Part shown: one piece after another, positions 9,141 to 19,099 of the stretch
Position numbering within the stretch: position 1 is the stretch's first letter
Layout of the letters: each line of letters opens with the position of its first letter
NCBI GenBank assembly: GCA_965552135.1
Contig: CBEVQY010000029.1
Location: 1 to 36,954 of the forward strand
DNA length: 36,954 bases
Reading direction: 5' to 3'
From: an uncultured bacterium
GTDB lineage: Bacteria > UBP14 > UBA6098 > B30-G16
Made by a program: the position numbers and the translations under genes
Notes under the pieces: model-generated
What the model was told of the DNA's origin: nothing
The model's database searches: none
The model's input: only the letters and a program-made list of their open reading frames with translations

Positions 9141-9458
9141 ATGAAGCGCAGACTCGGCAAAAAGATCCTCAAGGTGCGTTGGGAGCTTCTTGTGGGGAAG
9201 TGGGTTTCCATCCACGGCGAGACCAACCGCGCCTTAGCCGAGATGCTTGCCGAAACGCTGCGGTCGTGTGGAATCCCCGCCAAGATATCCGTCGGCGGGT
9301 CGATGAGGGGGCTGGGGGGCTACCCGATAGGCACCCAATCTGCCGCGCCCTTCGGCGCTATGTTCTACATCGAGGTCCCCCAAAAGCTTGCCGAAAGAGC
9401 AAGGAAAATCATCGATGAGATAACGGGAAGCGAGGTTGGAAGATGGGCTATGAGATAA
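9141..9458 (+). CDS. DUF2007-like small putative signal-transducing protein (start uncertain, GTG 9192 possible)
   Basis: W......AEMLAETLRSCGIPA....IEVP...AERARKII pattern; fills the rnfA-rnfB gap. Confidence 0.65.
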   Translation: MKRRLGKKILKVRWELLVGKWVSIHGETNRALAEMLAETLRSCGIPAKISVGGSMRGLGGYPIGTQSAAPFGAMFYIEVPQKLAERARKIIDEITGSEVGRWAMR

Positions 9459-10363
9459 CGAGCGCGCTTGTTGTGCTGGGCTTTTTCGGTCTTTTGTTCG
9501 GCGTTGGGCTTGCGCTTGCGGCGAAGAAGTTTGCCGTTGAGGTCGACCCGAGGGTCGAGCAGGTCCTCGAAGTACTTCCCAACGCCAACTGCGGCGCCTG
9601 TGGGTATCCCGGCTGCTCTGGCTTTGCCAAGGCTGTTGTAGCCGGCGAGGCGCCAATAACCGGCTGCACCCCGGGCGGCAAGCCTGTCGCCGAGAAAATA
9701 GCCGCAATACTTGGGAGGGAGGTTGAGGCGGCGGGGGAGGCTATGGTCGCTGTCGTTATGTGCAACGGCGGCGTCCGCGCCAGGGACAAGTTCATCTACG
9801 ACGGCATAGCCGACTGCCGCGCAGCCAAAATCGTCGCCGACGGGCAAAAGCTCTGTCCGTACGGATGCCTTGGCTTCGGCACCTGCGTCGAGGCGTGCCC
9901 GTTCGGCGCGCTCACGATGACCGAAAACGCCCTCCCCGCCACCGACTTCGATAGGTGCACAGGCTGCGGGATATGCGTCAAGGTCTGTCCCACGGGCGTT
10001 ATGCAGCTTGTGCCCAAAAGGAGCGCCATCTACGTCGCCTGCAACTCGAGGGACAAAGGAGCCTTCGTCCGCAAAGCATGCGAAAGCGGATGCATAGCTT
10101 GCAGGCTGTGCGAGAAAAACTGCCCTTACGATGCAATCCACGTCTCCGACAACCTCGCGCGGATAGACTTCGCCAAGTGCAAGCTCTGCGGCATCTGCAT
10201 CGAGGTTTGCCCAACGAAGACCATACTGAACAAGTTTCCGAAGGTCGTAGCGGAGCACGGGGGTTTGCCCGCGCCCGTTCCCATAAAGCCCGAGGCGACG
10301 AAAAAGCTTATGGAAAAGCTCAAATCCCAGAAGGGCGGCGGAAAGCAGCCTGAGTCGTCGTAG
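9443..10363 (+). CDS. rnfB: Rnf electron transport complex subunit B (long polyferredoxin type)
   Basis: N-terminal TM, LPNANCGACGYPGC, and four CxxCxxCxxxCP-type ferredoxin motifs (the first is degenerate). Confidence 0.95.
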   Translation: MGYEITSALVVLGFFGLLFGVGLALAAKKFAVEVDPRVEQVLEVLPNANCGACGYPGCSGFAKAVVAGEAPITGCTPGGKPVAEKIAAILGREVEAAGEAMVAVVMCNGGVRARDKFIYDGIADCRAAKIVADGQKLCPYGCLGFGTCVEACPFGALTMTENALPATDFDRCTGCGICVKVCPTGVMQLVPKRSAIYVACNSRDKGAFVRKACESGCIACRLCEKNCPYDAIHVSDNLARIDFAKCKLCGICIEVCPTKTILNKFPKVVAEHGGLPAPVPIKPEATKKLMEKLKSQKGGGKQPESS

Positions 10364-10377
10364 CCGCAATTTTTCCC

Positions 10378-10409
10378 TTGACTTAACGGAGGGGGGTGTA
10401 TATTAGAAT
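10378..10409 (+). promoter_or_regulatory. Putative promoter for the tRNA pair
   Basis: TTGACT at 10378 with TATATT (10399) or TAGAAT (10404) downstream; spacing is non-optimal. Confidence 0.4.
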
Positions 10410-10416
10410 TTATTGG

Positions 10417-10490
10417 GGCCCAGTAGCTCAGGTGGTTAGAGCGCGCGCCTGATAAGCGCGAGGTCAGTGGTTCAAATCCACTCTGGGCCA
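10417..10490 (+). tRNA. tRNA-Ile(GAT), CCA not encoded
   Basis: Acceptor GGCCCAG/CTGGGCC, D arm TAGCTCAGGTGGTTAGAGC, anticodon loop CT-GAT-AA, T arm AGTGG-TTCAAAT-CCACT. Confidence 0.97.
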
Positions 10491-10504
10491 TTTCTGGCTC
10501 CTCT

Positions 10505-10577
10505 GGGGGATTAGCTCAGTTGGGAGAGCACAGGCTTTGCAAGCCTGGGGTCACCGGTTCGAGTCCGGTATCCTCCA
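10505..10577 (+). tRNA. tRNA-Ala(TGC), CCA not encoded
   Basis: Acceptor GGGGGAT/ATCCTCC with the G3:U70 alanine determinant; anticodon loop TT-TGC-AA; T arm ACCGG-TTCGAGT-CCGGT. Confidence 0.97.
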
Positions 10578-10585
10578 GAGTTTTT

Positions 10586-12010
10586 TTATCTTTTCTTCGT
10601 TTTCAGTATCGTTATCCTGCCTGAGCCTACGGAGCCCTTGCCTTCGAACAGTGTTATGTGCATTGCCGAGAAGTTTACGTCTTCGCCGGTGGAGGGGTCT
10701 GTGGGTCGCCAGCCGACGGACGGGCTTACCCAAGCCTCGACCCAGTAGTGCGGCACCCAGATCTGACCGAAGTAGTATATCCCTCCCACGACCCTCGCGG
10801 GGATGTTTTTTGATCTGAGCAGTGCGGCAAGCAATCTTGCTTTGGCGAGTGGGTCGCCTTTGCGCTCTGCCGCGGCGACGAGTGGGTTGGGTTGGTTTGC
10901 CTCGTGTTTGACGTTGTCAGCTACCCAGCGATTGGCGCGGCAGATGTAGGACCAAACCGTCTCGGCCGATATACCGTCGGCGATGCGCTGGACGACGTCG
11001 TTGTGGGCGGGGACATCGGGCGCCGTCTCGACGAAAACCCGAAGCTCGTCGGGAAGGTCCTCAAGCTGATCCATGCGCCAGCTGCCCTTGCCCTTGAAGG
11101 GCTTTACCTCGACCTCAACCTCCCCCTCAAGCTCGCCGTGCTGGTATGTCCCCTCAAACCTCTGCCACGTCGTCTTGGTGCGCGGAACGGCGTCTAGGGA
11201 AAGGACAAGCTTCGCCCGAAGGAAACCTATCTCGAGCGAGTTCTCCACCTCTCCCTCGCACTTTATCTTCGAGGGCGGAATGTTCACCTTAAGTTGTTCG
11301 GCGATGTCCATCGTCGCAAGTGCTGTCGTGTCGGGGCATTCGCTTTCGAACTCGACGTCGATCTCGTTTGTCGGCAGGCTCAGCCTAAGGAGCCTTGAGT
11401 TCGCCGAGTCGATCATTGCTATTGCGTCCACGCCTGGCGCGGAGAAGGCGACCTTGTAGGCGGTTCTGTCGCCTATGGGCTCGGTGTGTCCCACCTGCGC
11501 CGAAAGCTCGACGAGCTTTCCCGTCTGCGGCGAGAAGACGAGGATTCGCTGCACGCCCTCGCGACCCCTGAGACGCACCTGCTTGGCGACTATCGCCCAC
11601 TGCGAAAAGCAGTTGAGGTCCAAGAGGTAGGGCGGATTTGGGCATTCGAGCGAAGCCGTGTTGCCCTTCGCCTTCGATGTATCCGCGCCCTCGACGGTAA
11701 GTTTGCCGTTGCTCCAGCGCGCAACGATTGAACCCCTCCCGTCGATGTCGAGGCTGTATTGCCGCAGGCGCATGTAGGGGTCTAAGTCGGCGGTGTATTT
11801 GATGCGTAGGGTTCCGCGCGTCGCCCCCGCCTTGGCTTTGAGGATCGTCCATCCCGAAAGCTCCCAGCCGGCGCTTGCCATCCCGAGCTTGTAGCCGGCG
11901 GCGCCCGTAGTTCTCCCGGACGCCTTGATCGTAAAATATCCCACCTCGGGCGGCATAATCTGAGCCGAGGCAACTCCCAGCGCGAAAAGCAGGGCGAACG
12001 CTCTCATCAT
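10586..12010 (-). CDS. Exported transglutaminase-like domain protein (catalytic Cys replaced)
   Basis: Signal peptide MMRAFALLFALGVASA after GGAGG. C-terminal GD(P)...LAALLRSKNIPARVVGG...HYWVEAW...W.PTDPS transglutaminase core. Confidence 0.85.
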   Translation of the reverse strand: MMRAFALLFALGVASAQIMPPEVGYFTIKASGRTTGAAGYKLGMASAGWELSGWTILKAKAGATRGTLRIKYTADLDPYMRLRQYSLDIDGRGSIVARWSNGKLTVEGADTSKAKGNTASLECPNPPYLLDLNCFSQWAIVAKQVRLRGREGVQRILVFSPQTGKLVELSAQVGHTEPIGDRTAYKVAFSAPGVDAIAMIDSANSRLLRLSLPTNEIDVEFESECPDTTALATMDIAEQLKVNIPPSKIKCEGEVENSLEIGFLRAKLVLSLDAVPRTKTTWQRFEGTYQHGELEGEVEVEVKPFKGKGSWRMDQLEDLPDELRVFVETAPDVPAHNDVVQRIADGISAETVWSYICRANRWVADNVKHEANQPNPLVAAAERKGDPLAKARLLAALLRSKNIPARVVGGIYYFGQIWVPHYWVEAWVSPSVGWRPTDPSTGEDVNFSAMHITLFEGKGSVGSGRITILKTKKR

Positions 12011-12023
12011 TAAAACCTCCCGG

Positions 12024-12053
12024 TTATCAACACTGTGGAGAAGCTGTGGATAA
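12024..12053. promoter_or_regulatory. Cluster of three DnaA boxes
   Basis: TTATCAACA (12024, +), TGTGGAGAA (12034, -) and perfect TGTGGATAA (12045, -), spaced 1 and 2 nt apart. Confidence 0.7.
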
Positions 12054-12072
12054 GTTGTTGGAACCTCCGACA

Positions 12073-12101
12073 AAAATAGCCGTCATGGAGCACTCTGTCA
12101 A
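12073..12101 (-). promoter_or_regulatory. Putative sigma70 promoter of the transglutaminase-like gene
   Basis: Minus strand TTGACA-N17-TATTTT. Confidence 0.6.
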
Positions 12102-12130
12102 ACCGCAATGCCCACATCCGAAGAAAAACT

Positions 12131-12158
12131 TTGACAAATAAGCGCAGAAATCTATGTT
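12131..12158 (+). promoter_or_regulatory. Putative sigma70 promoter of the 12174-20924 operon
   Basis: TTGACA-N16-TATGTT with an upstream A-tract. Confidence 0.65.
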
Positions 12159-12173
12159 ATTCGAGGATAACAA

Positions 12174-14333
12174 ATGAAAGCGCGGGATGACATAAAGTTT
12201 TTGAGGTGGGTTTTGGTTTGGGTTGTGCCACTGGTGGTTCTCTATGCTGCGCTCGACCGCGGCGGCGCCGACCCGGCGATCAAGGAGCTTTTGTCGCTGC
12301 TTTTCTGGGGCATGGCTGCGCTGGTGCTTGCTGGTGTTAGGGAGTTCAGAGTTCCGCCAATTTGGGTCGTTGTCTTGTGGTTGTCTGTTTGGCTTTGGGG
12401 GATTGCGACGTTTGCCGTCACCTGGTCTCCCGATGCAACGCTTGCGTGGGCGGTGCAGTTTGGTGCGCTTCTCGCTTTCGCGTTCTTCGTCTACGCCACT
12501 GCGCAAAAGCCGCCACCGGCGTTCTACAGAATGCTTGCCCTCGGATTTGCGGTCGTCCTCGCCGTCGGGTACGTTTTCCTCATCCTCGCGAAGACCGGCG
12601 TCTTCATAGGAAGGCACGATATGATGCTCCACTTCATATCGACCTTTTACTGGAAAAACCCAGCGGCAGGATACATCCTTTTGTTTTTGCCCTTCGTCTT
12701 CTCGCTTTCCGTCGTTGAGATTTCCCGCGGGTGGAGGGTCTTTTTCGCTTTCGTTTCGGTGCTTGCCTTTGGGGCGCTCCTTTTGACCCGCTCCCGTGGC
12801 GGCTGGGTTGCGGGTTTCTTCGCGGCTGTGGTGGGCGTCGTTGCGGCGACGAAGTTCATCCCGCGCATCTGGCGGAGGGCGCTTCTCGTTTTCGCGCTGG
12901 GGGCGATTCTGGCCTTTTTGGTCATGCCGCCCGGGTGGGTCGTTTCGCGCATCGTCAAGATAGAGGAGGTCGCTAAGCGCAAGCCCGAAGAGCCCGTCCA
13001 GGAGAGGCGCATGATGCTTGCGATGGGCGCGCGGGTGGTCTCCGAGTTCCCCCTTATGGGCGTGGGAATGGGCGCCTTCAAGATCGCTTACCCGCACTTC
13101 CTGAAGAGCTCCCATTACCTCTCCACCCATCTGCACAGCCAGTACCTCCAGTTCGCCGTGGAGGGCGGGGTTCCTGCGGCGATTCTGTTTGTTGCGGCGG
13201 TGTTCTCCGTCGTCTTCGCGATGCTCTTTGCCGCGTTCAGGCGAGGGGACATCGTGCTCTGGGGGATGGCGACCGGCGCCTTGGCTTACGCCCTCCACAT
13301 CGCCGTCGACTTCGACTGGGACTTTTGGGGAACCACGTTGCCTTTCCTGGTCTTTCTCGCCGCGGGCGCAAGGAGGATGTGGCCTCAAGGCGTTAGGGTA
13401 TTTGGGCTTTGGAGGGCGGCTTCTGCGGCGGCTGTCGTGGCTGGATTTCTGCTCGCCACAGCGCTTGCTGTGGCTGGGGCGGTGTTCGACCAGTATCAGG
13501 CGCAGGCGAGGCGATCTGCGCAGGAGAGCCTGATCAGGGTCTGCACAACGCTCAATCCCCTCTCGGCGCGGTATTGGTATGAGCGCGCTGGTGTGGTCGC
13601 CGGCGGAGCCTCAGCACTTAGGTGCCTGGAGAAAGCCCTGAAGCTTGAGCCACGCAACGTGTTTCTGCAGTATGCCTACGGCTTCCTCATCTGGAACGAC
13701 GACCGACCGCGCGCCGTCGAGGTCCTGCGGAAAGCAGTAGGCTTTGCGCCTTATGTCCTGCCCAACCTGCAGCTGCGGTTCGCCCAAAAAGCCAAAGAAG
13801 CCGGGCTCATCGGCGTGGCGAAGGATGTCTTCGAGGGGATAACGAAGCACTTCTCGACGAACCCGAACACCCGCTACAACGACCGCACCGCTGGCTTCCG
13901 CTACATAGTTGCGCGGGCGCTTACGGGGCTGGGAGATATCTACTACGAAAGCGGCGACTTCGCCAAAGCCGACAGCCTCTACAGGCTTGCCCACATCCTC
14001 GGTTGCCCGCGATACGAGGATAAACTCGCCAAGATATGGGCTATGGACATCATCTCCCCCGAGCAAACTGTGGCGGAGATGATAGACGCCGTAAACGTGG
14101 GCGACACCCTGCGCGCCTGGAGCTACATCGCCGACTCGGCGAGAATCAGGCTCTCGGAGGGAACGGAGCTCTACCTTGCTCAGGTTATGGACGTGAAGCA
14201 GGATATGCTCTCCGAGCGCGCAAGCGTCGATGTGCTTTTGCTTCGGGCAAAGGGCAGGCAGGTCTTTTGGGAGCTTGCCTTCTTCGACCTTATCTTGACC
14301 GATGACGGCTGGAAGGTCGTCTTTAAGTTCTGA
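12174..14333 (+). CDS. O-antigen ligase/O-oligosaccharyltransferase-like (Wzy_C) membrane protein with C-terminal TPRs
   Basis: STFYWKNPAAGY, LTRSRGGW, PLMGVGMGAF and HLHSQYLQFAVEGG motifs; about 12 TM segments followed by TPR-like repeats. Confidence 0.88.
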   Translation: MKARDDIKFLRWVLVWVVPLVVLYAALDRGGADPAIKELLSLLFWGMAALVLAGVREFRVPPIWVVVLWLSVWLWGIATFAVTWSPDATLAWAVQFGALLAFAFFVYATAQKPPPAFYRMLALGFAVVLAVGYVFLILAKTGVFIGRHDMMLHFISTFYWKNPAAGYILLFLPFVFSLSVVEISRGWRVFFAFVSVLAFGALLLTRSRGGWVAGFFAAVVGVVAATKFIPRIWRRALLVFALGAILAFLVMPPGWVVSRIVKIEEVAKRKPEEPVQERRMMLAMGARVVSEFPLMGVGMGAFKIAYPHFLKSSHYLSTHLHSQYLQFAVEGGVPAAILFVAAVFSVVFAMLFAAFRRGDIVLWGMATGALAYALHIAVDFDWDFWGTTLPFLVFLAAGARRMWPQGVRVFGLWRAASAAAVVAGFLLATALAVAGAVFDQYQAQARRSAQESLIRVCTTLNPLSARYWYERAGVVAGGASALRCLEKALKLEPRNVFLQYAYGFLIWNDDRPRAVEVLRKAVGFAPYVLPNLQLRFAQKAKEAGLIGVAKDVFEGITKHFSTNPNTRYNDRTAGFRYIVARALTGLGDIYYESGDFAKADSLYRLAHILGCPRYEDKLAKIWAMDIISPEQTVAEMIDAVNVGDTLRAWSYIADSARIRLSEGTELYLAQVMDVKQDMLSERASVDVLLLRAKGRQVFWELAFFDLILTDDGWKVVFKF

Positions 14334-14341
14334 GGTGGGCT

Positions 14342-17300
14342 ATGGACGTTCTTTTCGGCAGATACGAGGTCAAAAGGGAGCTTGGTCGCGGGTCGTTCGG
14401 CACGGTCTACCACGTTCGCGACACGCTGTCGGATGCTGAGTGCGCCCTCAAGCTCTTTACCCCGCGCTGGGTAAGGCGCCATCTTATAGAGCGTTTTCGC
14501 AGGGAGTTCGCCGTCGTGGCGAGGATGCCACACAGGCGCATCGTCAAAGTCTTCGACTTCGGCGAGGAGGGAGGGAAGTACTTCTACACGATGGAGCTTG
14601 TCGAGGGTCCGACGCTTGAGGGGACGAGGCTTGACGCAAGCGAGGCGCTCGAGGTGTTGTGCGATATCGCCGAAGGTCTTGCCCACATACACTCGCGTGG
14701 AATACTCCACCTCGACCTCAAACCCTCCAACGTCTTCGTCACCTCATCCGGCGCCAAGATAGGCGATTTCGGCTTGGCGCGCGCACTCACCGAGGATGAA
14801 GGTCCCGCCTCGGGGACGGTTGCCTACCTCGCTCCGGAGGTTTTGAGGGGATACCCGCCCGACGTCCGCACCGACCTTTACGCCCTCGGCGTCATCGCCG
14901 CCGAGATCTTCACCGGCGCCAACCCCTTCGAGGGCTCAACGGCAAGCGAAACGATCCAGCTGCAGATGCACTACACGCCCGACGAAAGCGACCTCGCCGC
15001 CGTTCCGAAGGAGCTTCGTGGGCTTGTGCTCTCGCTCCTCGACAAAGACCCGCGCAGAAGACCCAACAGCGCGTACTCCGTCTGGCGCAAGCTGGCTCAA
15101 ATCCTCGGCAGGGAGGACGACCCATCCCTCAGGGCGCGCTTTCTGCCTCAGCCAGCCCTCGTCGGTCGCGACGAAATCCTTTCGATGGCGGAGAGGCTCA
15201 TAAGCGGGCTTTCGCGAAAGGTCCTTTGGGTTTTGCGCGGCGCCCCCGGAAGCGGATACTCGCGGATCCTTGCGGAGATCAAGATAGTCTCGCAGCTTGG
15301 CGGGTGTCATCCGGTCGTGATTTCGCCCGCGGCGCCGCTGGAGTCGCTCCTCAGGCAGCTTCTTGTGTGGGAGTTCGGCGGACCCCTGCGCCGACACCTG
15401 CCCAGGCTGCTTGTGGCTGCGCCGGGAATCGCCGGTCACCCAACGCTCGCCGCAATAGGCGTAACGCCGTCCCCTTCGGAACCCACCGCCGACGAAGTCG
15501 CTATGCACGCCCTCGCGCTGGTGGAGGAAATCTCCGAGCTTAAACCCCTCGTGATAATGTTCGAGGACGGCGTGCCCGAAGACTTCGTGAAGCGCTTCCT
15601 GTCGCGACCGCAGAGGGGTAGGATCCTCTTCGTGGCGCGAGAGCTTAGGGATGAGTTTGAAGTATATTCTCAGGAAAGCGAGCTTACTCCCTTGAGCAGG
15701 GAGGAGATAACTCAGTGGATTTTCTCCGTTTTCGGTGATGTTGACGGCGTTGAAAAGCTTGTTTTGCGGCTTTCGGCTGAGACGGGTGGGCTTCCGCGCA
15801 ACATCCAGACGAAGCTCAAGGAGTTCGTCGTCTCCGGCGCGTTGGTGCCTCAGATCGAGAGGTGGCGTTACTCGCCCCAGAAAGCCTCTCCTGTGCAGCT
15901 TGCCGTCCCCAAAAAGCTTTTGGACGACACGCTTGCGAGGATAGCCCTCTCGCCCCTGGGGCTTCCCGCATCGGTCGTCGAGAGGGTAGCGGGCGAGGAG
16001 AATGCGCCTCTGGTCCTTTCGGAGCTTATGGCTATGGGCAAGGTAGGCGAGGGCGAGCGTTATGGGCTTTTGGTCTACTTCGTCGTCGACGATGGGGTCG
16101 GTCGCGGGCTCTCGGAGCTTCCTGCCGAAAGGCTTCGGGCGATGCGCAGGGAGGTCGGCTCGCTCCTTTGCGAAGTGGAGGATGCCCCCGCATTTCAGCT
16201 CGTTGGCGCAGAGATGCTCATGAGCATCGGCGAGGTCGAGCAGGCTGTGCGCGTTGCCCGTAAGACTGTGAAGGTCTTCAGGCAAAGGTACGAGTTTTCG
16301 AAAATGCTTAAAGCCATCGACCTTCTGATTGAGGGTGCTCAGGCTTTGGGCGATAAGGAGCTTTGGTTTAAGGCGGTGAAGCGCAAGTGCGGCATCTACT
16401 CCCACCTCGGCAGGCTCGATGAGGCGCAGGCGCTCTATCAGGAGCTCCTTTCGTTCGTTCGGCAGAAGGTCGACCTCGAGAACGAAGCAGCCGTTTTGAA
16501 CGATCTTGGCGTCGTTTTGTTTGAGCAGAAGAAGCCCCAAAAGGCGATCCAGTACTACAACGAGGCTCTGGAGCTTGCCCGTCAGGTCAAAAACCCCAAG
16601 CTCGAGCTTTACGCGATGATAAATATCGCCGCCTCCCTTCAGGAGATGGGCGATTTTCAAGAGGCTGCGGCTCGCTTCTGGCAGGCAAGGTCTATCGCGC
16701 AAAGGCTCCAGAATCACCTCGCCCTGGCGACGATAGAGGCGGATATAGGCATGCTTTTGGCGTCTCAGGCGAGGTATAGGCAGGCGCTCGACAGACTCCT
16801 TGAGGGAGCTTCAATAGCGCACGAGCACGGCTACTTCAAACCCCACGCCGCCGCGCTTATCGAGATAAGCATAGTCCACAGAAGGATGGGCAACCTCGAG
16901 CTTGCGGAGGGCGCCATATCCGAGTTCGAAAGGCTCTTCGGAGATGAGATCCCCCCCTTCGAGAGGGTCTGCGCCGAAACGCAAAAGCTCTTGCTCGCTC
17001 TCTACAGGGGTGATGAGATAGCTCCCGCGGAGAGGTTTGCCGCGATCTTGCCTGATCTTGCCTCCCTGCCCGAGGGGCAGTACGAGGCGGCGTTGCTCGA
17101 CTTCCTCCCGTGGGCGATCCTTGTGGGGCTGCCGTTCTCGGAGCTGCAGAAACTGCCCGTCGTCCCCCAAAAGCTGCCCACGTCTCACCTTTGGGAGGCG
17201 CTTGCGCTCTTCGAGTCCGGTCAGTTCGATGCCGCTTTCGAGGCTGCGGAGAGGGCGCTTGACGCAACGCTTTCGAAGCACAAGGACGCCGAGCTTTGGT

Positions 17301-19099
17301 GTGCCGCCTGCCGCATACTGGCGAGTTCCCTCCAGCCCGCCGAGGCGGGTGAGAAGCTCCTTGAGCTTCTTTCTGACCCCGCCGACGACCTCTTCGTCCA
17401 GGGAGACCTCTGGCAGCGCGTCGCGGAGATATACGCCGAGCGCGTTCCTGACCCGGAGAGGGGGAATTTTGCGCTGAACAGGGCGAAGGAGTTCTTCTCG
17501 CGCCTCGGGAACCGGTCGCGCCTTGCGGAGCTTGAGCGAATAGCCGACCTCCTGCGCGGAAGCCGATACGGCGGTGATGCCGGTCTCCTGCTTGAGGTCG
17601 CCAAGGCGTTTACGTCGACACTCGATACCGACGCCCTTGTGCGCGTGATACTCGACCGCGCAATCGAGGTCAGCGGGGCTGGGAGGGCGCTTTTGCTTGC
17701 GTTCGAGGACGGGGAGCCCACTGTGGTTTCCGCAAGGTCCGATGAGGGGGTCGACCTGACCCCTGATGAGGTTCGCTTCAGCCGCGGCGCCGTGCAGAAA
17801 GCCATTGCCCAGCGGAAACCGCTGCTCGTCGAAAGCGTTCCCGAGGACGAGGAGCTTGCCGCGCGCCAGAGCATCGTCGACCTCAGAATCCTTATGGTCA
17901 TAGCCGTTCCGCTTTTCTGGCGCGGCGAGCTTTTGGGCGTCCTCTACGCCGACGCGGAGATGAGGCGCGCCGCATTCTCGGAAAGAACCGTCAGACTCCT
18001 TGAGGCTTTGGGTGAGTTCGCCGCGCTTGCCCTCCACAACGCCAGGCTCTTCGGCGAGGTCGTCGCCGAAAGGGATGCTCTGCGCGCCCAGGCCCGGGAG
18101 AGGATAGGCGCAAACGTCATCATAGGCGAGGCGCCGGCTATGCAGGAGGTCTACAGGAGGCTTAGCGCGGTAGCCCCGCAGGACGTCACTGTGCTCCTGA
18201 CGGGCGAGACAGGCACCGGGAAGGACCTCGTCGCCAGGGTCATCCACTCCGAAAGCCGCAGGCGAGACGGACCGTTCGTCGCCATAAACTGCGCCGCAGT
18301 GCCCGAGACGTTGCTTGAGGCAGAGCTTTTTGGCTACGAGAAGGGTGCGTTCACCGGCGCCACAAGGCGCACGAAGGGCAAGCTCGAGCTCGCCCACGGC
18401 GGAACACTCTTCCTGGACGAGATCGGCGATATGGCGCCCCCGCTTCAGGCAAAGCTCCTCAACGCGATAGAGACGGGGAAGTTCATGCGCCTCGGCGGAA
18501 CGGAGGAGGTGCAGGTCGACGTTAGGATCATCGCGGCGACGAACAAGGACCTCGAGGAGGAGATAAGGCGCGGCAACTTCAGAGAGGACCTGTACTACCG
18601 CATCTCCACCGTTCGGATTCATCTTCCGCCGTTGCGCCACCGCCGACAGGACATCCCCGCCCTGGCACACCACTTCCTGCGGGAGGCTGCCCAGCGCTTT
18701 GGGAAGGAGGTGGGGGGTTTTGCGCCCGAGGTGATGGCGGCACTGCGAAGGGCAAGCTGGCCCGGAAATGTCCGCCAGCTCAAAAACGCGGTGGAGGAGA
18801 TGGTCCTCTTCGCGACGGGGGAGATAATAACCCCTGATCTTCTGCCGGACTACGTTTTGACCGACCTGGGCGAATCTGCCCTGCCGGGCGCATTTGACCT
18901 CTCCGAACCGCAAACTTACGAGGAGCTTAAGGCATCGAAGAAGGCTTTGGCTGAGCAGTTCGAGCGGGAGGTGATAAAGAGGCTTTTGCAGCGCTACGAC
19001 TTCAACGTAAGCCGCGCCGCAAAGGCGTTCGGTATACACAGAACAAGACTGCACCAGCTTATAGCCAAGTACGGACTGCGCAAGGGGGAGGAGCGATGA
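14342..19099 (+). CDS. Ser/Thr kinase - degenerate NTPase - TPR - GAF - sigma54 activator (bEBP) - Fis-type HTH fusion
   Basis: Kinase: [23 protein letters not shown]. NTPase: [12 protein letters not shown]. TPRs and GAF ([15 protein letters not shown]). b[33 protein letters not shown]-terminal HTH. Confidence 0.93.
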   Translation: MDVLFGRYEVKRELGRGSFGTVYHVRDTLSDAECALKLFTPRWVRRHLIERFRREFAVVARMPHRRIVKVFDFGEEGGKYFYTMELVEGPTLEGTRLDASEALEVLCDIAEGLAHIHSRGILHLDLKPSNVFVTSSGAKIGDFGLARALTEDEGPASGTVAYLAPEVLRGYPPDVRTDLYALGVIAAEIFTGANPFEGSTASETIQLQMHYTPDESDLAAVPKELRGLVLSLLDKDPRRRPNSAYSVWRKLAQILGREDDPSLRARFLPQPALVGRDEILSMAERLISGLSRKVLWVLRGAPGSGYSRILAEIKIVSQLGGCHPVVISPAAPLESLLRQLLVWEFGGPLRRHLPRLLVAAPGIAGHPTLAAIGVTPSPSEPTADEVAMHALALVEEISELKPLVIMFEDGVPEDFVKRFLSRPQRGRILFVARELRDEFEVYSQESELTPLSREEITQWIFSVFGDVDGVEKLVLRLSAETGGLPRNIQTKLKEFVVSGALVPQIERWRYSPQKASPVQLAVPKKLLDDTLARIALSPLGLPASVVERVAGEENAPLVLSELMAMGKVGEGERYGLLVYFVVDDGVGRGLSELPAERLRAMRREVGSLLCEVEDAPAFQLVGAEMLMSIGEVEQAVRVARKTVKVFRQRYEFSKMLKAIDLLIEGAQALGDKELWFKAVKRKCGIYSHLGRLDEAQALYQELLSFVRQKVDLENEAAVLNDLGVVLFEQKKPQKAIQYYNEALELARQVKNPKLELYAMINIAASLQEMGDFQEAAARFWQARSIAQRLQNHLALATIEADIGMLLASQARYRQALDRLLEGASIAHEHGYFKPHAAALIEISIVHRRMGNLELAEGAISEFERLFGDEIPPFERVCAETQKLLLALYRGDEIAPAERFAAILPDLASLPEGQYEAALLDFLPWAILVGLPFSELQKLPVVPQKLPTSHLWEALALFESGQFDAAFEAAERALDATLSKHKDAELWCAACRILASSLQPAEAGEKLLELLSDPADDLFVQGDLWQRVAEIYAERVPDPERGNFALNRAKEFFSRLGNRSRLAELERIADLLRGSRYGGDAGLLLEVAKAFTSTLDTDALVRVILDRAIEVSGAGRALLLAFEDGEPTVVSARSDEGVDLTPDEVRFSRGAVQKAIAQRKPLLVESVPEDEELAARQSIVDLRILMVIAVPLFWRGELLGVLYADAEMRRAAFSERTVRLLEALGEFAALALHNARLFGEVVAERDALRAQARERIGANVIIGEAPAMQEVYRRLSAVAPQDVTVLLTGETGTGKDLVARVIHSESRRRDGPFVAINCAAVPETLLEAELFGYEKGAFTGATRRTKGKLELAHGGTLFLDEIGDMAPPLQAKLLNAIETGKFMRLGGTEEVQVDVRIIAATNKDLEEEIRRGNFREDLYYRISTVRIHLPPLRHRRQDIPALAHHFLREAAQRFGKEVGGFAPEVMAALRRASWPGNVRQLKNAVEEMVLFATGEIITPDLLPDYVLTDLGESALPGAFDLSEPQTYEELKASKKALAEQFEREVIKRLLQRYDFNVSRAAKAFGIHRTRLHQLIAKYGLRKGEER

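Noticed and set aside
10578..12010. Integrative element inserted at the tRNA-Ala 3' end
   Set aside because: No integrase, no duplicated tRNA 3' end noticed in the window, and no evident compositional shift.
14936..19054. Long antisense ORFs (593 aa, 747 aa; similar ones opposite dnaE, iscS and fba)
   Set aside because: Shadow ORFs opposite well-supported genes in high-GC DNA; no recognisable motifs.
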